From NCBI GenBank assembly GCA_963693365.1, contig CAVNZM010000002.1, positions 8,777,059-8,841,058 on the forward strand: a stretch of DNA of 64,000 nt, given 5' to 3'. This document shows positions 13,427-49,152 of this stretch, one piece after another; position 1 is the first letter of the stretch; each line of letters opens with the position of its first letter. The position numbers and the translations under genes were made by a program. Below the pieces are notes generated by a model. The model was not told the origin of the DNA. It worked only from the letters and a program-made list of their open reading frames with translations, and did not search any database. This DNA comes from Amoebidium appalachense (lineage: Eukaryota; Protista; Ichthyosporea).

Positions 13427-14418
13427 GGGGGGAGGGGGGGGGGGAGGGGGGGGGGGGGGGGGGGGGGTTGGAGTCATGTAGACGTCATTTCAGAACTGAT
13501 TATCATATGTTTGCGCAACTGTCACATGTTTTCGGCCAACAACCATTGTTTATGCCAGGTGGCCAAAACTACACTTGAACACTCGGAGGTGAGAAGTCAG
13601 CTTAGGCCCTCCGTGCATAATAATGCACCACCAATCAATCGCTAATGCATATAAGTGATTGGATACCAATAACATATCAATAAATAAGTTTTAATTTACT
13701 GCGGAATTTGAAGTTAGCAATAAATCGGGGTTTAGGCTACATCACTAGGAAATAGCCGCTATTAATGCGACCATTCTCAAGCCAGGCTATAACTCGAAAA
13801 TTCCTGAACAGCTCGAGCTGTTTAGGTCCGAAAGAAAATTATATACCACTAAGTTATCATGTTACACCGCTTGCAAACAGATGTTGTAACCGTAATCAAA
13901 GGGGTGGAATATAGAATTTGCCTCAAGGCCTCAGAAAATTCAACAAATCAAGACATGAGATTCTAGCTTCTAGGTTAACAGGGATTGTAACTTCTATATC
14001 CAACATACAAGTATTTGGATCTAACAAAATCTCGAGCTCAAAAGCTTTTGTCCCCAATTGCAAACATGTTAGTTCCCTAAATCAGCTGCTACCCACATCA
14101 AGCCAAGATATCTTAAAAAACAACATAAATTCAAGCTTTCTTCTCCTTTTTCCTTTCAGATGTCTAAACCAAGAAAGGAGGTCTAATTGCTACACTTATA
14201 TGGGTATATGAATTATCTCTAATCGTCAAATTTAATTTCCCCATGTAGTTAATCCTAGCAAACATATACAGATCGTTTGCAAAAGTCCACCTAACAGGTG
14301 CTTTAGCCCCCCTCCCCCCTCCCTACCTCTTTCTCCCCCCCCCCCCCCCCTCCCCCCCTCTTTCAACTCTTCTCCCCCCCCCTCCCCCGCCCCCCCCCCC
14401 CCCCCCCCCCCCCTCCCC

Positions 14419-14449
<31 letters not shown>

Positions 14450-14599
14450 AAAAAAAAGAAAGAAAGAAAGAAAGAAAGGAAAAAAGAAGCACGATCTATC
14501 TCAGGCTACATACACTTACCAAACCAACAAAGAAACTAAGAGCAGGAAAGATCCACCCAACACAGAAAGAAAATATCCCCCTCTAACCAGCACAGCCCA

Positions 14600-16506
14600 T
14601 CAATTCCTTTTCTGCACAGGCACCACCACATACTTCCTATAATCCACCGTCCCAGCACCGCTGCAGTGCCTAGCCGTGGCACCGCACTGCCCATCAGCGC
14701 TACAGCACGGCCATATACCATAAGGGTTACAAATGGCTGTAGACCTGTTATCCGGCCCGAAAAGGGAAGACCCGCACCTCCCATCACTACGAACGCGCCC
14801 TGGGATCTCCGCGATGGTGAGTTTACGCGTGGGAGGGACCGCGGCGGGCTTAACGGGGGCCGGTTTGGGGGAAGGACGACGTGTAGGAGCGGGTGCCGGT
14901 GCCGGGGCGGGTTTGGGGGCAGGAGTTCGGGTAGGAGCAGGGGCGGGCTTGGGGGAAATCGTTTTGGGGCGGAAGTCTTTGGCCCCGGAGCCGACACATG
15001 CAGCCGCACCACCGCAGACACCTTTGGGCGAGCAGCAAAATTTCGCGGATTTTCCATCGCACGGACCAGGGTGGATTTTCCCCTTGATGTTGATCGTGAA
15101 CTGGGCCCCGCAACGGCCGTCTGCGCGGGGCTTGAAAATACCGTTCAGATTACGGTAGTCGATCGAACCGGGTTTCGCGCAAGACGCCTCCCCGCCGCAA
15201 TACGCGTCGGTGCCGCAGCAGAAACGGTCTTTGCTCTTCGGGTCACACTGTGCGGGTTGGTTTGTCCCCGGGGCGTTCCAACCCTTACCGCACCTGAAAT
15301 CGGTACGCCACGGCTGTCCGACAATCGGTCTAGGTGCCGGGGCGATGGTGGGTTTCGTGTCGGCAGCAAACGCAGCCCCCGGTTTACGGAAATCGACCGA
15401 GCGGGGAAGGGCACAACTAGCCACCTTTTCGCACTTTGACGTAGCCAGGTTGCAGCATGGGTGGTCGCTGTACGGGCTGCACTGGGCGGGTTTGTTTGTG
15501 CTCGGGGCTGGGTACCCGGGCCCGCACCTCATATCATCCCTCCAAGGCATGCCCACAGCCATGATATACATCTCCGAGGAACCCTTCCTGAAGTCGACCA
15601 CACCGACCCCCTCGCACACCGACGTGCACTGTCCGTCGACGGTAGAGCAACAAGGCTTGTCCCCCAACGGATCACATTCTCCCGGGGCAAAGCTCCCGGG
15701 CAGGGGAAACCTGAGCCCGCACCTACCGTCTCCTCGTACGGCCGGGTTCGCCCCCGTCGGCATGGGAGCGAGGGAAGTGATGACGTCACTATCCTCGACC
15801 TTGATCTCTTCACCCATGACATCCTCGGGGTTAATCTCGACCTCGGGAACCTCGGGAGTCGCCGTGGTCAGGTCGATTACGGCTTCCCTGTCGTCGATCG
15901 GCGGGATTTCCCCGGGCTCCACCGATCCCATCTCATTTGACGTGTCGACGGATTTCGTCGACATGTCTGGGGGAACGGGGGTAGGTGTTGCTATAACTGC
16001 GGGAGGGGTTGCGATGACGGCGGGGGGTGGGGCGATAACTGTAGGAACGATTTCCTTTGTAGGTTCGGGTGCGGGGGGAGGAGAGACGGGGGCAGGGGGA
16101 GCGGGGGCAATGACAGAGGGTGGCTCGGCCGTTGGGGGTAGCGGGGCTGTGACGCTAAGATCTGGGGTGTCGGCGGAATCGATATAGTCGGAGATCCAAG
16201 CAACAAACTGGGAGGCTTGGGTATAGAGACCGTAGTCGGTGTTGCTGGCGCATGCGGGACCGGTGGTTGAAATGCCAAGCTGTAAAATTATAATGGAAGG
16301 AAACAAGGGTTAGACATCTTGCATGTCTTTGATGCTTGTGTACACTCCAGCTTCTTGTGGGGGCGGGGGGGGGGGGGGGGGGGGGGGGACAGGGGAGGAA
16401 GGGGGAACACACGCTCGAGTGTACATTGCAGCAGGACAGGACGGGTTTCATACCATGTGCTGCATCAACGACACACACGCTCACAGACATGCACACTCAC
16501 AGACAT

Positions 16507-16547
<41 letters not shown>

Positions 16548-16622
16548 GAGGGCAAATATACACCTTGAGACCATGTCCGGAGATGACAAAAGAAGGGAAC
16601 AGGGGAGGGAAGGAGACCAGTA

Positions 16623-16657
<35 letters not shown>

Positions 16658-17010
16658 TTGTGTGTGTGTGTGTGTGTGTGTGTACAGGGCTCTCACAGGG
16701 AGACATTCATGGCGAGCGTAAGCGAATCAGGGAGGCTCAGTACTCGAGGGACACAACAAAAAGAGGAAATGCTTGCACGGGAAAAAGCAATTAGTGAAGA
16801 AGGAGGGTAGGAATGACCCAGAATGAGATGGAAGATAAATATAAAATGCCGAAGAATGGGAAGGGTAAGGACAACAGAAGACACCATGGGTGTGTGTAAG
16901 AGGTGAGAGCAAGGTGGTGGGTGCAGGTAGTGGGGGGCACTAGTACGTTAGGGATAAGCGGGTGGTTGGTGTTTGGGGGTTGTGCTTGAGGTGTGTGTGT
17001 GTAATTGCGA

Positions 17011-17055
<45 letters not shown>

Positions 17056-17331
17056 TATGTGTGTGTGTGTGTGTGGTGGTGTTGGTGTTTAGTTGGCGCG
17101 CGGGGGGGAGGGGGGGGGGGGGGAGAGAGAGAGAGAGACGGGGGGGGGGGGGGGGGGAGGGGGGAAGGGGGGGGAGGTCAAATACAGAACACACAGAACA
17201 CGTAAGTACAGAGCCAGAAAACCTATGTTCGAAAAAGAACAAACACACCGATATTGAAACACTGATCCCCATTGTTTGGGTTCCTTAGGTGTGTGCATGC
17301 GTGCATGTGTGGGCGCACGCACGCGCACGCG

Positions 17332-17373
<42 letters not shown>

Positions 17374-18149
17374 CGGGGGGCGGGGGGGGGGGGAGGGAGG
17401 GGGGATGGGGAGGGGGTGGACGAGGGAGAAATTAAGAGGAGATACAACGGAGGCAGAAATGTGGGTTTCTTTTTGTTGGGGGTGAAGGGGGGGGGGGGGG
17501 GGGTACATATCTGAACAACAACAGGAGATGTAGAAAAATATGTACAGGGATAAGGGATTATGCATTTGTGTATGTAAACACTTGTGTGGATATGCCTGTG
17601 TGTTGGTGTATAAGGGAAAAGAAGGCAAGGAGTGTTTTCGTGTGTGCGTGTGTGCCGGACTGGTCGCTTTGAAAGAGGGTGGTAGTGGTGTGAGTGTTTG
17701 TGTGTGTTTGTGTGTGTGTGTTGGGGGTGGGGGGGGGAGGGAGGGGAGGGGGATGTATTACGCAGTAGAGAGCACTGATTTAGGACATTCTTTCACGACT
17801 GCAGGCTCAGGCGACCCCCCCCCCCCTGCTAAGTATGCGACATGATATGGCCAACTCAGGGGGAGGGGGGGGGGGAGGGTGGGGGGGGGATGAGGGGGGC
17901 AAGGGCAAGCAGGGCAGGATTTATGGAGAAAGTGAGTGAGCGATCGAGTGTGTGTGTATACGGTTGTGGGTGATAACAGCAAGGCATTCAACAGCAGTGT
18001 GTTTCATGATCAGATTCCAACCAAACCAGAGGCCAACCTACACTCCGGCGTACGGAGAAGATAAGGTGCATGTGAAAAGACGGAAACCCTACGTCGAGTG
18101 GTGGGCGAAGAGAGGGTCTTCTGGCAAGCCAAAGAAGGTGTGTGTGTTG

Positions 18150-18195
<46 letters not shown>

Positions 18196-19161
18196 CGGTG
18201 TGTCTAAGTGTTCACCAACTCAGTCGGACCCCTCCCAAAAAAATTCCGAAAGCACTTGGTCCATTTCACCGCCCACTGGAATTTTGCCCAATCAAATACC
18301 TTTCGCAGAAGTACTACCTTCACTTCTTAACTCATTATGCAAACACATCGTCTTCAAGGCCCCTTAGTCACCATGTTCTCCCAGTAAATGTTCAATAGTG
18401 TCTTTTGCAAATTATCACGCAGTTGCACGGAACAGAAACAACACATACCCCCGCCACAACATGAAAAACAAGCCACTTACCAGAGTAGGTTCAGTTTCGC
18501 CGTTAGCAAACAGCGGTCCACCCTGGTCAGCAAAACATTGCCCCTTGGGTCCGCGAACGCCAGCACACATCTCACTGTCCACAGCCTTGCATCCAACACC
18601 CATCGCCACAGGTGCCGGTGCCCGCTGAACCGCACTTGTTCCATCCCCAGCTGACAACAGCCCCCAACCTATAATCTCCGCCTTTGCTCCAACAGATTCC
18701 AGCGGCCCGCCAATATACACATCCATGTATGGTCCCGGGGCGGTACCATTGAGACGAATTAGCGCGATGTCGTTAGCGCCCGTCAGGCTGTTGTACATCG
18801 GGTGAACCATAATGCTCTTTATGCCCAGCTCCTTGAAATCGGAGAACTTCGCGAGGTCATCCCCTCCTACACGTATCGAATCCTTTGGCGATTCCTTGGG
18901 ATCGATGCAAGATGCCGCCGTGACAACGAGGTCAGCACTCACCAATGCACCGCCACAGTAGTGGAACCAGCTGTCCTCCTGAAGATATCCGAGAGATGAA
19001 AGCCATGTTGTTCCTGCGTCCATAGTAGGTGTCATAGCCCGAGCTGCTACCGGGCCCATCCCTTCCGCTGATTTCACGGGAACTGCATCTATGCGTGGGT
19101 TGGCTGTTGCCTGCGATAGCAACGCCGTTAAAGCGGCGAGTAGAAAGATGGAACGTGTCAT
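14600..19161 (-). CDS. Secreted trypsin-like serine protease homolog (non-catalytic), Pro-rich linker and five hevein/CBM18-like Cys-rich modules; 2 exons
   Basis: Exon 1 19161-18481 (signal peptide MTRSIFLLAALTALLSQATA; HYCGGALV; TAAS; NDIALIRL; IIGWG; CFADQGGPL), donor GTAAGT. Exon 2 16279-14600 follows TTTACAG and continues the trypsin C-terminus (LGISTTGPACA...YGLYTQ...WI). Five RxDxRCG...C.P...CC...C...C...D[FY]R repeats follow. 786 aa. Confidence 0.88.
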
Positions 19162-20545
19162 GTTCGTTTGAGCGAGGTGCCTACAAAGAGGCACACGATG
19201 ACACGACGTATTTTAGCTTCTATGTTGAGGTGGTAGCTCAGTGTGTGTATTCAAAGCAGAAAGCAGTGTGTGGTTACAAGTAGAGCTATATATCATAGGC
19301 ATATGCTCTCACAGTAAGTCCTCTGCGTAAAGTGTGCATGTGTTCAAGCGTATGAACCTACATAACACAGGCACATACACAGCACTGTACACAGTACATA
19401 CACAAGGTGCGTGTGCGTGTGTGTCACTGAGCTCGAACGTGTTGACTCAGCAGTTGAACTGAGATGGTATGTTTACAGCAGTAAGGAATTTGGCGGCTTC
19501 TATTCTATTGGTTCAAATTAATGGAAAGGAATCTCTTAAAACCCCAAAGTCTAGATGGTGTAACTCAGTCAGTCTATATTTTTTTTTTCTCTCTTGACTG
19601 GGATTTATTGATCAGTGGTCCAGTGGATAAGAAGGCAACGTGCAGCCACAGGCTACATGACCACCAAAATAACCGACTTCGAAAGAGCCACAGCGATGAA
19701 ATAAAAAATAAAACAACAAGTGACCAAAGGACACCAGCGGGCAAAGGTACAAGTGCACGTGTATGCGTGAAACTAGTTTGCTCCAACTAGTCATTTGCAG
19801 CGATGATGACCAGGCCACACTCCGCAAGAAGACATCAGTACTGCTGCCGGCCAATAGGCCCCCCTCAGACCTACCGGGGCACAGCAAGCAAGTCAGCCCT
19901 TTAAAGAGCAATGCAGACCAAATCCGAGCGAGAAAACAATCCCCACGGGCCCGTCCCCTAGAAAACCTGCAGAATCTAACTCTTTGATAAGGTGGCCTAT
20001 TGCGCCCCGCATCTGGTGGTGGAGGAGGATCACTGCAAGGAGCGAGGCAAAAAGCCGCCGGGGCTTTTAGACTTACAATAACTGAAACTATCTATGTAAC
20101 ACGGTTCACTCAGAACAGGACAGCGGCTGTAAAAGAGCTCTAATAAGCAGGGTTTTGTCACCTAATATGGTTACGTAGCACTGCCATAATTATTGATTGG
20201 GCGTGGGAACTACGCGTGCTGGCAAGGAGGTCAACCACAGCTTTTACTCAGCTACACAGGAGAGAGAAAAATATCTCTAAATTGATATCTCAAACGAATG
20301 TCGCATTTCATCAGGATGTGGGTCTCAGTTACTGTGCATTCCACTGGAGTTCTGCGCGCGGCGAGGTGAAGGCCGCCTTGCGAAGTTGCGAGCAAGGGCC
20401 CCAGTAACTGAAGACATTCTTATTTGACGCGGCGCTTTCATCCAAACGTTCATGCTTACTTAAGATGTAAGAGCGGCTTACTTCTACTGAGTGTGTGCAT
20501 GGTGTGCACGTGTGTGTGCGTGCCACGGATGTGTGCACGTGTTTG

Positions 20546-20615
<70 letters not shown>

Positions 20616-21679
20616 ACAGTGTGTGTGTGTGTGTGTGTGCGTGTTTGTGTGTGTGTGTGTGACACGGTGTGTTTGTGTGTGTGTTTGTGTTTGTGTCTGT
20701 TGTGTGTTAGTGTGTACGTGTGGGTGTGTGTGTCACGTGTCTGTGTGCATGCGTGTGCCCTGACGGCCTGTGTGCCCCATGGCCCGGGTGTGCCAGTACG
20801 ATCCGTGTGACACTGTGCACGGTATGGTGAGTGTGTACAGCGTGTGTCACGGTGTGTGTGTGTGTGTGAGTGAAAGCGTGAGCTGCGTGAATTCGCGCAC
20901 GGCATTGGCAAGCCATGGTTTTGGCCCACGGCGGAGACATGTGTTTCACTTCAAAGTTGATGCCATAAAGCAGCTATCATCATCTAGCGAGTATATTAAT
21001 GGCACTACGGTACCTCCTGGCGTGAAAGCCAGGAGCCTCCGGGGAGCTGCTGGGTGTTTGATCCTTAAATGCTCCTTGCACTGCTTCGCGCGCACACACT
21101 GTTGTGGAACTGGCACCGTGTCACTGAGACACGCATACTATGACACCGGCACACTGTCCACACACACACCGTGACACACAAACACACGCGCACACACACA
21201 GTGTCACACACACCGTGCTTGACACGTGTACACAGTGTCCCGGAGCGACACCGTCACACACACGCACACTGTCACAGTCACACGCCAAGGCATATGCGCG
21301 GCTGTAACACGGTAGCACCTGCATGCACATCTAATTGGCTTGAACACAACTGCCCAACCACCCACATCCACACACCCACACGTGTACACCGTGGCACGCA
21401 GCGGCCGCACTGTGTGGTATTACTGTACCATTGAATAATGCATGCATAACGCGCAAACGTGTTAATACTTTACCGCGGGGCGCACTCTCCCTGGCCCGCG
21501 CGCACGCCGTCACGGCGACGCACACACGTTGAACGTGACTGGTATCAGGCAGTCACACGGCCAGACTGAGTACCAGAGGGGAGACCCTCAGGGGGGAGGG
21601 GGGGAGGGGGGGGGGGGGGGGGTTCGCGGGGGGGAAATAGAGACTGAGGGAGAGAGAGAGAGGTGAGACCGTCGAGCCT

Positions 21680-22130
<451 letters not shown>

Positions 22131-22500
22131 CTGTAGAGAGTCTCCGAGAACGCAAGGGGAGAGATCATCGGAGAGCCTCAGCTCCGGGGGAGAGAGGCTC
22201 GGAGAGAGAGACTCGGGGAGAGAAGGCCTTCCGCCTAGGGATGCTCGGGGGGGGGGGGGGGGGGGGGGGGGGGGAGGGGGGGGGGGAGGGGGGGGGGGGC
22301 AAACGAGTAGGGGCCATGCGGTCACAATAAACGGTCGCCGAGAAGCCACGGCCAGGGGGGGGGGGGGGGGGGGGGGGGGGGGAGGGGGGGGGGGGGGGGG
22401 GGGGGAGAGGGGCCCGGGGTGGGCTCCCGCAGGAGGGACTCCGAGACTGAGACTCGCATGGGAAGCGTCACGTCGACACTGGAGAACGTCCGGGGGGGAA

Positions 22501-22532
<32 letters not shown>

Positions 22533-24397
22533 TGCTCACTGCATTGGCGGAGGGTGTGACCGTCTGACGGTCGCCGTGAGGACCCGATAAATGCTAAGGC
22601 GACTGACCGTCAGACGGAGATAGCAGTGTCTCGGAGGGACACTCCGGGAGCCGGGCCACTGCCATAATGATTGAGAAGCTCGTGGAGAGAGAGAGAGAGA
22701 GAGAGGGTGGTGGTGGTGGTGGTGGTGGTGGTGGTGGGGAGGGGGGACTACTCAGATTCTGCTGTGGCGTTTCAAATAGTATGATCATGATAGGCGCTAT
22801 AGTGTACCCGCGCCGTGCCGCGGCCCGGCCTGGTGGGTGTGCCAGTCACGGCTGCCACCTATGTACTGAGATGGCTCCTTATTTTTCCTTACACATTCAG
22901 CGAACATTGGACTCTATCAAACCGTCGAGGCGCCGCGACAGAAAGCATGCACGCGGTCGCGAGAGTGTAAGGAAAATTCGGCCCTGCAGCGAACGTAAAG
23001 TTCATCGCAGCGCGTGCACACCGTCAGTACGTGTGTGCAGTCACGGTGTGTGTGTGTCTGACAGTGTGCACAGTAGGGATTCTGAGGGGGAGGAGGGGGG
23101 GGGGGGGGGGGGGGGGACAGAGATAGAGAGAGCCGGTGGCTTGGCGAGAGAAAAAGAATAGCCGCATGGCCACGCCGGGTGTGCCACAGGTGTGCAAACT
23201 TTAGTCATCGGATGCGGTGGACGAGTGCCAAAAACTAACGTTTGACAACGTCTGACCGTATGAAGTAGGCTTCAAGCCGCTGCTGCAAGTTATTCCAGAA
23301 AAAAAAAGTGACCTCAACTTTAAAAAGACGTCGAATCGACTCCCGCGGGCCACCAACACTTGAATTTTTACATGACACCGCCGCAGCTGTCATCGAGGCT
23401 CTGGCAGCAACTGTGTGGAGTGGCTGCCTGCGGCCCGCGGCCGCCCTCATATTATGGACTTCAGCTTCACTGAGTGATCTGGCATGCTGCCGCTACTGGC
23501 ACCAGTCTCCACAAGTTGGCATTGAAGCAACTGGCCTTACAACAGTCTCCAAAAGTTGGCATTGAATGAATGGCGTACCGTAGGTCCAGAGTTCTTACAC
23601 TGAGAAGTTCTGGCCACAGTGACCAGGCTGCTTTCAATGACCTTGTCTAGCTGCAAACGGTTTTGAAAAGTTCGTTTAGTGACAACAACAGCGACTCCGC
23701 CCCGACCCAACAAATTTCTAAACATCCGAGAGCTAGCGCGGGAAGACTTAGTTCTGGCTTCAATAATACAACGTGTATAAAGGTGGCCCTGAGGTCAATC
23801 TTTATGACATTATGATACATGCCATGGCCTCACCAGTACGCGTTACTACCTTGACATGGCATGTGAATCACCAAGGCTTAGCTTGGATTGGGCTACGGTC
23901 CGCCAAGTCACCACAACCATCGTAGATCATTCTGATTCAATTGCTTATCAACTTGCATAACTAACTTTTAGTCTATGACTGTCTGACTAAGACTTCGCCA
24001 GCCGGACAGCCTGTGACCCCAACTGTAAGTAAGTACCCAACTTGGCAACCATCAGTACGATCATGTTTGGCAAGCTAACCGTTACGCAATTACAAATGCA
24101 TAAGGCTTACATGTGCCCCTGGAGTGACCTTCAATTTTTCGAATGAACTCAAATTTTTTTATTTCAGCAACATTGTCAAAAGAATATGGTATGGTGATGT
24201 CTGTGTGCGCATGTGACAGTGTGCGTGCAGTGTGTGACATGCACGATCGAAGGGTCGGAGCCCCTACTATGATAACGGAGCCTCCAGCCTGAGGAGCTCT
24301 CAGGCTACCCGCCTGAGGAAATTTTTCCTAGTCTCGGTTTCATCGCAATGTAGTTCCACGGGCTCGAAGACTCCTTCACGTATCCTAGCTTGGAGCG

Positions 24398-24571
<174 letters not shown>

Positions 24572-26581
24572 TTTAAAGGAAAAAAAAGAAAGAAAAACGC
24601 CGACGTCAGAGCCGACGTCCGGGCAAGTCGGACTCGGAGTAAGCCAACAATAAAAAATAAAAATGTGCGAGTGCACGTGTTATATCCACCGGGGCAGCGT
24701 ACGCGCGACCCAGAAATCATCGAAAGTATTGCGAGCCCCCTTGTGGAAAATAAAATATTAACTTTCTCTTACATCTAGCAATCCTGTAATTTGCGTACAT
24801 AAAGACTATTTTTATATCTATATTTGTTTTTTATATATAAAGTAAGCTTTCTAGTATAAATAATCTTTTATTTGTGCGCTTTACATCGCAGCCTCTGCTC
24901 AACGGATTAGGTAAGCTGTTTCCGTGAGTCAAAATAGCAGCACCCCCTTTGAGCTTGTGATCTAGGGGGCTTGCTCAGGGAAGCTCTGGGAAGACTCTCG
25001 AGCGCAGGTGTTTTGAAACGCTGAATCGAGGAGCTTCTAGAAAAGAAAATCTTTACGTAAAACAGCAGGTCTCATGTTTGATATTTTCAATTTTTTTTAA
25101 ACGAAATAAATAACCATAATAAAGATTTCAATTGACACAAACGCTTCTGGGTGGCAAGAGTTATCATATCATTACACATAGATGCTCTCATTCCGAAACA
25201 ATTGCTCCAGAGCAGGTATTTTATTTCTGCAGTGGCACCCGTATATATCTCATTAAATATCCAATATTTCTAGATTATCTAATTTCAGCTTGACATACAA
25301 ATGCTTGTCATTTTATCTAGCCAGCATATAGAATTTAAGTAATTCAGCGCAATCCAATAACTATAAGATAGATAGATAAATGAAACGATTTAAAAGTCAG
25401 TTCAAATCAAAATATACACAATAGACAAAGTAGAAGTATACTCATGTTTTCTTGCGCTTGTTGATATATTATCTCTTTGCTCATCCGGATAAGTTTGCAT
25501 GATCGCGGTTTAGAACCGTTCGCGTACAGTCCCAGTTTGATCCGCCTCGTGAGTCGTTTAGCGAGCATGCACGGGGCCCATTGTGGCAATTTTTTTTTTT
25601 TTTTTCCCCGCGCGTTGTCATAGTGGTGTTTTTCGTTTTTTTGCTCGACGAGTCACTGGACGGTTAGCGACGTAGTATTTCTTCAAGTTGTACAGTGCTA
25701 TTTAGTTTCGCCTCATTGTTCGTTCAGTTGCCAACTTATAATATAATTAGCCTTTCAAAAGGGAATCCCTCCTTCATTTTTAACGAGTCCTTCAGTCGGC
25801 AACGTTCCACCTGTCAGGAGTCACAGACTCAATTGATCATCAGTTTTCTCATGCTGGGAGCCTATTTTAGCAACCACTCAGGTGATTAGTAGGCAAGGTT
25901 TACGTTCCCTGGCAGAGACCAGTGTCGCAGGGTCTTTCATTCGGGTATCTGGCAACAATTTCACGAGCCTCACCGGTCATCCAGCACAGAACCACTGCCT
26001 TGCCGATGCATGGCCACTCTAAATGTTGCAGTGCCGCACAGTGGTGTTGTTCAACTAGTAGTGTGAAATCAGCTTGAGTCATTCCGTTGCAGCCTTAATA
26101 TAGGTATATCAAAGAAAACGTTCTAAACAGACTATGAATTCATAGGGATCTTTGGTTACGGCTTTCCCGCGCAGAATGTGGCAGTTGTTGTGCGACCGAG
26201 GCCTGCCGTGAATTCTTTCCAAACTCGAGCCGCGTTACGCCCGGTCCGACGTTTCTACCTTCTTATGGACAAGGTTTCTGAACGGGCATCTAATGATTCA
26301 CCAGTTTTTGTTTCATGGGTTCAATAAGTAGCTGTAGGTTGAAGTTCTTGTGAACGAAATTATTTAGTTCAGTGGTGAGTGTGATCTTGTAGATTTTTCC
26401 GCTCCATGATCAACTTCATAGGCTGTTAGAGCCGGAGCCAGAGTCACAGTGACAGGACTCCATGAAACGGTTGACATGAATCACACTGCCAGGTCATCCT
26501 CCCCTCCTAAGCTAGGCCCTTCAATAGCAGTCATTATGGTTGCCCTTTCCTTTCAACTGAGAGTGATATTTTCGCATCAGG

Positions 26582-47063
<20,482 letters not shown>

Positions 47064-47336
47064 CCGCCCCAAAATTTGGATATACGGCAGATATACTGCC
47101 AAACTTTCACAGGTTATTGTACTCTAAATGTAAATGAATTTTTCCTGTTGTACTCGTTTTTCAGTGTGCTTAACAGCAATAGATAGGCACATATAAGGGT
47201 GTAAATTTCAGTTTTTTTGCTGTTATTGTATGAGCATGCATTTTTCGTCCTCAAACACCATCATTACGGACACGGCCCACATAAACGCAGACATATTAAA
47301 GCAGCCGGGGCATAATGCACACACACGCACGGGCAC

Positions 47337-47437
<101 letters not shown>

Positions 47438-47483
47438 CACACGCGGGCGCGCGCACATATGCACGCACGCACGCGCGCGCGCG

Positions 47484-47640
<157 letters not shown>

Positions 47641-48082
47641 CGTATATCCCAGGTTTTATCGATTATGTCTTGTTTCAGAAAACCAACATGTGACAACTTC
47701 CAGACGATGCCCTTTGAAACTGTCGTAGGTTTACATTAGAACGTATCGGTGAGCTTTGGAATTTCTCTAGTTATGGTTAATGTAAGTATAAAGAAGTAGA
47801 ATGTGCTTGATAACAATGCGCTGTTGTAACGCGAATTTTCATTTCTGCAAGTTGTTAATATCATTACCGTTATCATAATTATTACAGTGTCATGTACTAA
47901 GTATTGTTGTTAGCATTGTTATTAGTATTAGTATTCTTGTTGCTTATACAACACCTGCAATTTTCTATTTCTGAATATCACATGCATGTCTAATTGGGAT
48001 CGGGCTGCATGCCGGGATAATCGACCATTTTTTCCTCCCTTTTTATTTTTATCTTTTTTTTCCATTCTTCTTCTTCTTCTTC

Positions 48083-48113
<31 letters not shown>

Positions 48114-48727
48114 TGTTTGTTTGTTTGTTTGTATCAAATCGTGATTGTTGTTATGTGTAAAACCTAACGTGATTCACGGAGCTGTGAAATTGTTGGAAAT
48201 GTTAAACCTTTAAATCTGTTTTTTTTTCTTTCTTTCTTTCTTTTTTCTTTTTCTTTTTACCGGTCACTGAAATAAACGAAGGCACGATGGCATCCGGTGA
48301 AAAAATGCTGACTGAGCCTAATTTCCGCCTCCCTTTCTAATTCGCTCCCTTTCCTTTTCTGTTCCGAGTCCCCTTCCCTTTTCCCTTTGTTAATACGTTC
48401 TCTGTAACATTTTCCGTTTTTTCCCCCCTTGGTTGTCGTGATTGCGGCAGCCGTGGCAAACAGTGTATACGCGCATGCATGTGTGCGAATCTACCTCTCT
48501 CTCTATGTGTTTCTTTCTCCCGATATCTCCCCCTCCCCCCCCTCTCTCCCTTCGCCCCTCCCTCCCTCCGTCCCTCCATCCATCCACCCCTGCCTCTCTC
48601 CCCCCCTCCGTCCCTAAGGATCCCTCCCTCTCCCTCCCTCCCTCTCCCCCTCCCCCCGCCCCCCCCCTCTTTCTCTCTCGTGTGGATGTGTACATGGTTG
48701 TGTGTAGGCGCGTGCATCTGTGTGTGT

Positions 48728-48768
<41 letters not shown>

Positions 48769-48846
48769 TGGCCATGGGTGACGGTACGTGTGCGTGTGTG
48801 CGTGCACATACAGAATTTTTTTTTTTCTTTTCTTTTTTTTTTTTTT

Positions 48847-48877
<31 letters not shown>

Positions 48878-49031
48878 GGGGTGCACCCACTGCACGGGGG
48901 GAGGCCGGGGGCCGGGGAAAGTGTGTGTGTGTGTGTGTGTGTGTGTGGTGGTGGGGGGGGGGGGGGGGGGGGGTTAAAGAAGGTGGGGTTTCGAAGGGGG
49001 AATGCGACACAATTGCACTAATCTACAGATC

Positions 49032-49152
49032 CGATTTCAGCGATCTAGCACGTTTCAGTCATACACCATAACATACGCCCAGAATGTTTGCGATTTTAGA
49101 GATCTAGCGCATCTCAGTCATACACCATAGCATACGCCCAGGCGAGTGTTTG
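49032..49152. repeat. Two-copy ~60-bp tandem repeat
   Basis: GATTT.AG.GATCTAGC...T.TCAGTCATACACCATA.CATACGCCCAG...TGTTTGC occurs twice. Confidence 0.8.

Noticed and set aside
13650-14230. Complex AT-rich stretch with a 97-aa ORF (similar case at 10607-10919)
   Set aside because: No recognisable motif, start context or splice partners; may be old transposon debris.
14666-16187. Long plus-strand ORFs (257 aa and 325 aa)
   Set aside because: Antisense shadows of the GC-rich protease/hevein exon; no domain features.
23235-24130. Possible decayed transposase or other coding remnant
   Set aside because: Only short ORFs, with no DDE, RT or other motif I can identify; a translated search would be needed.
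24680-24750. tRNA-like or SINE-like fragment on the minus strand (GGTCGCGCGTACGCTGCCCCGGTGG)
   Set aside because: No TTCRA T-loop, and no acceptor or D stem could be built.
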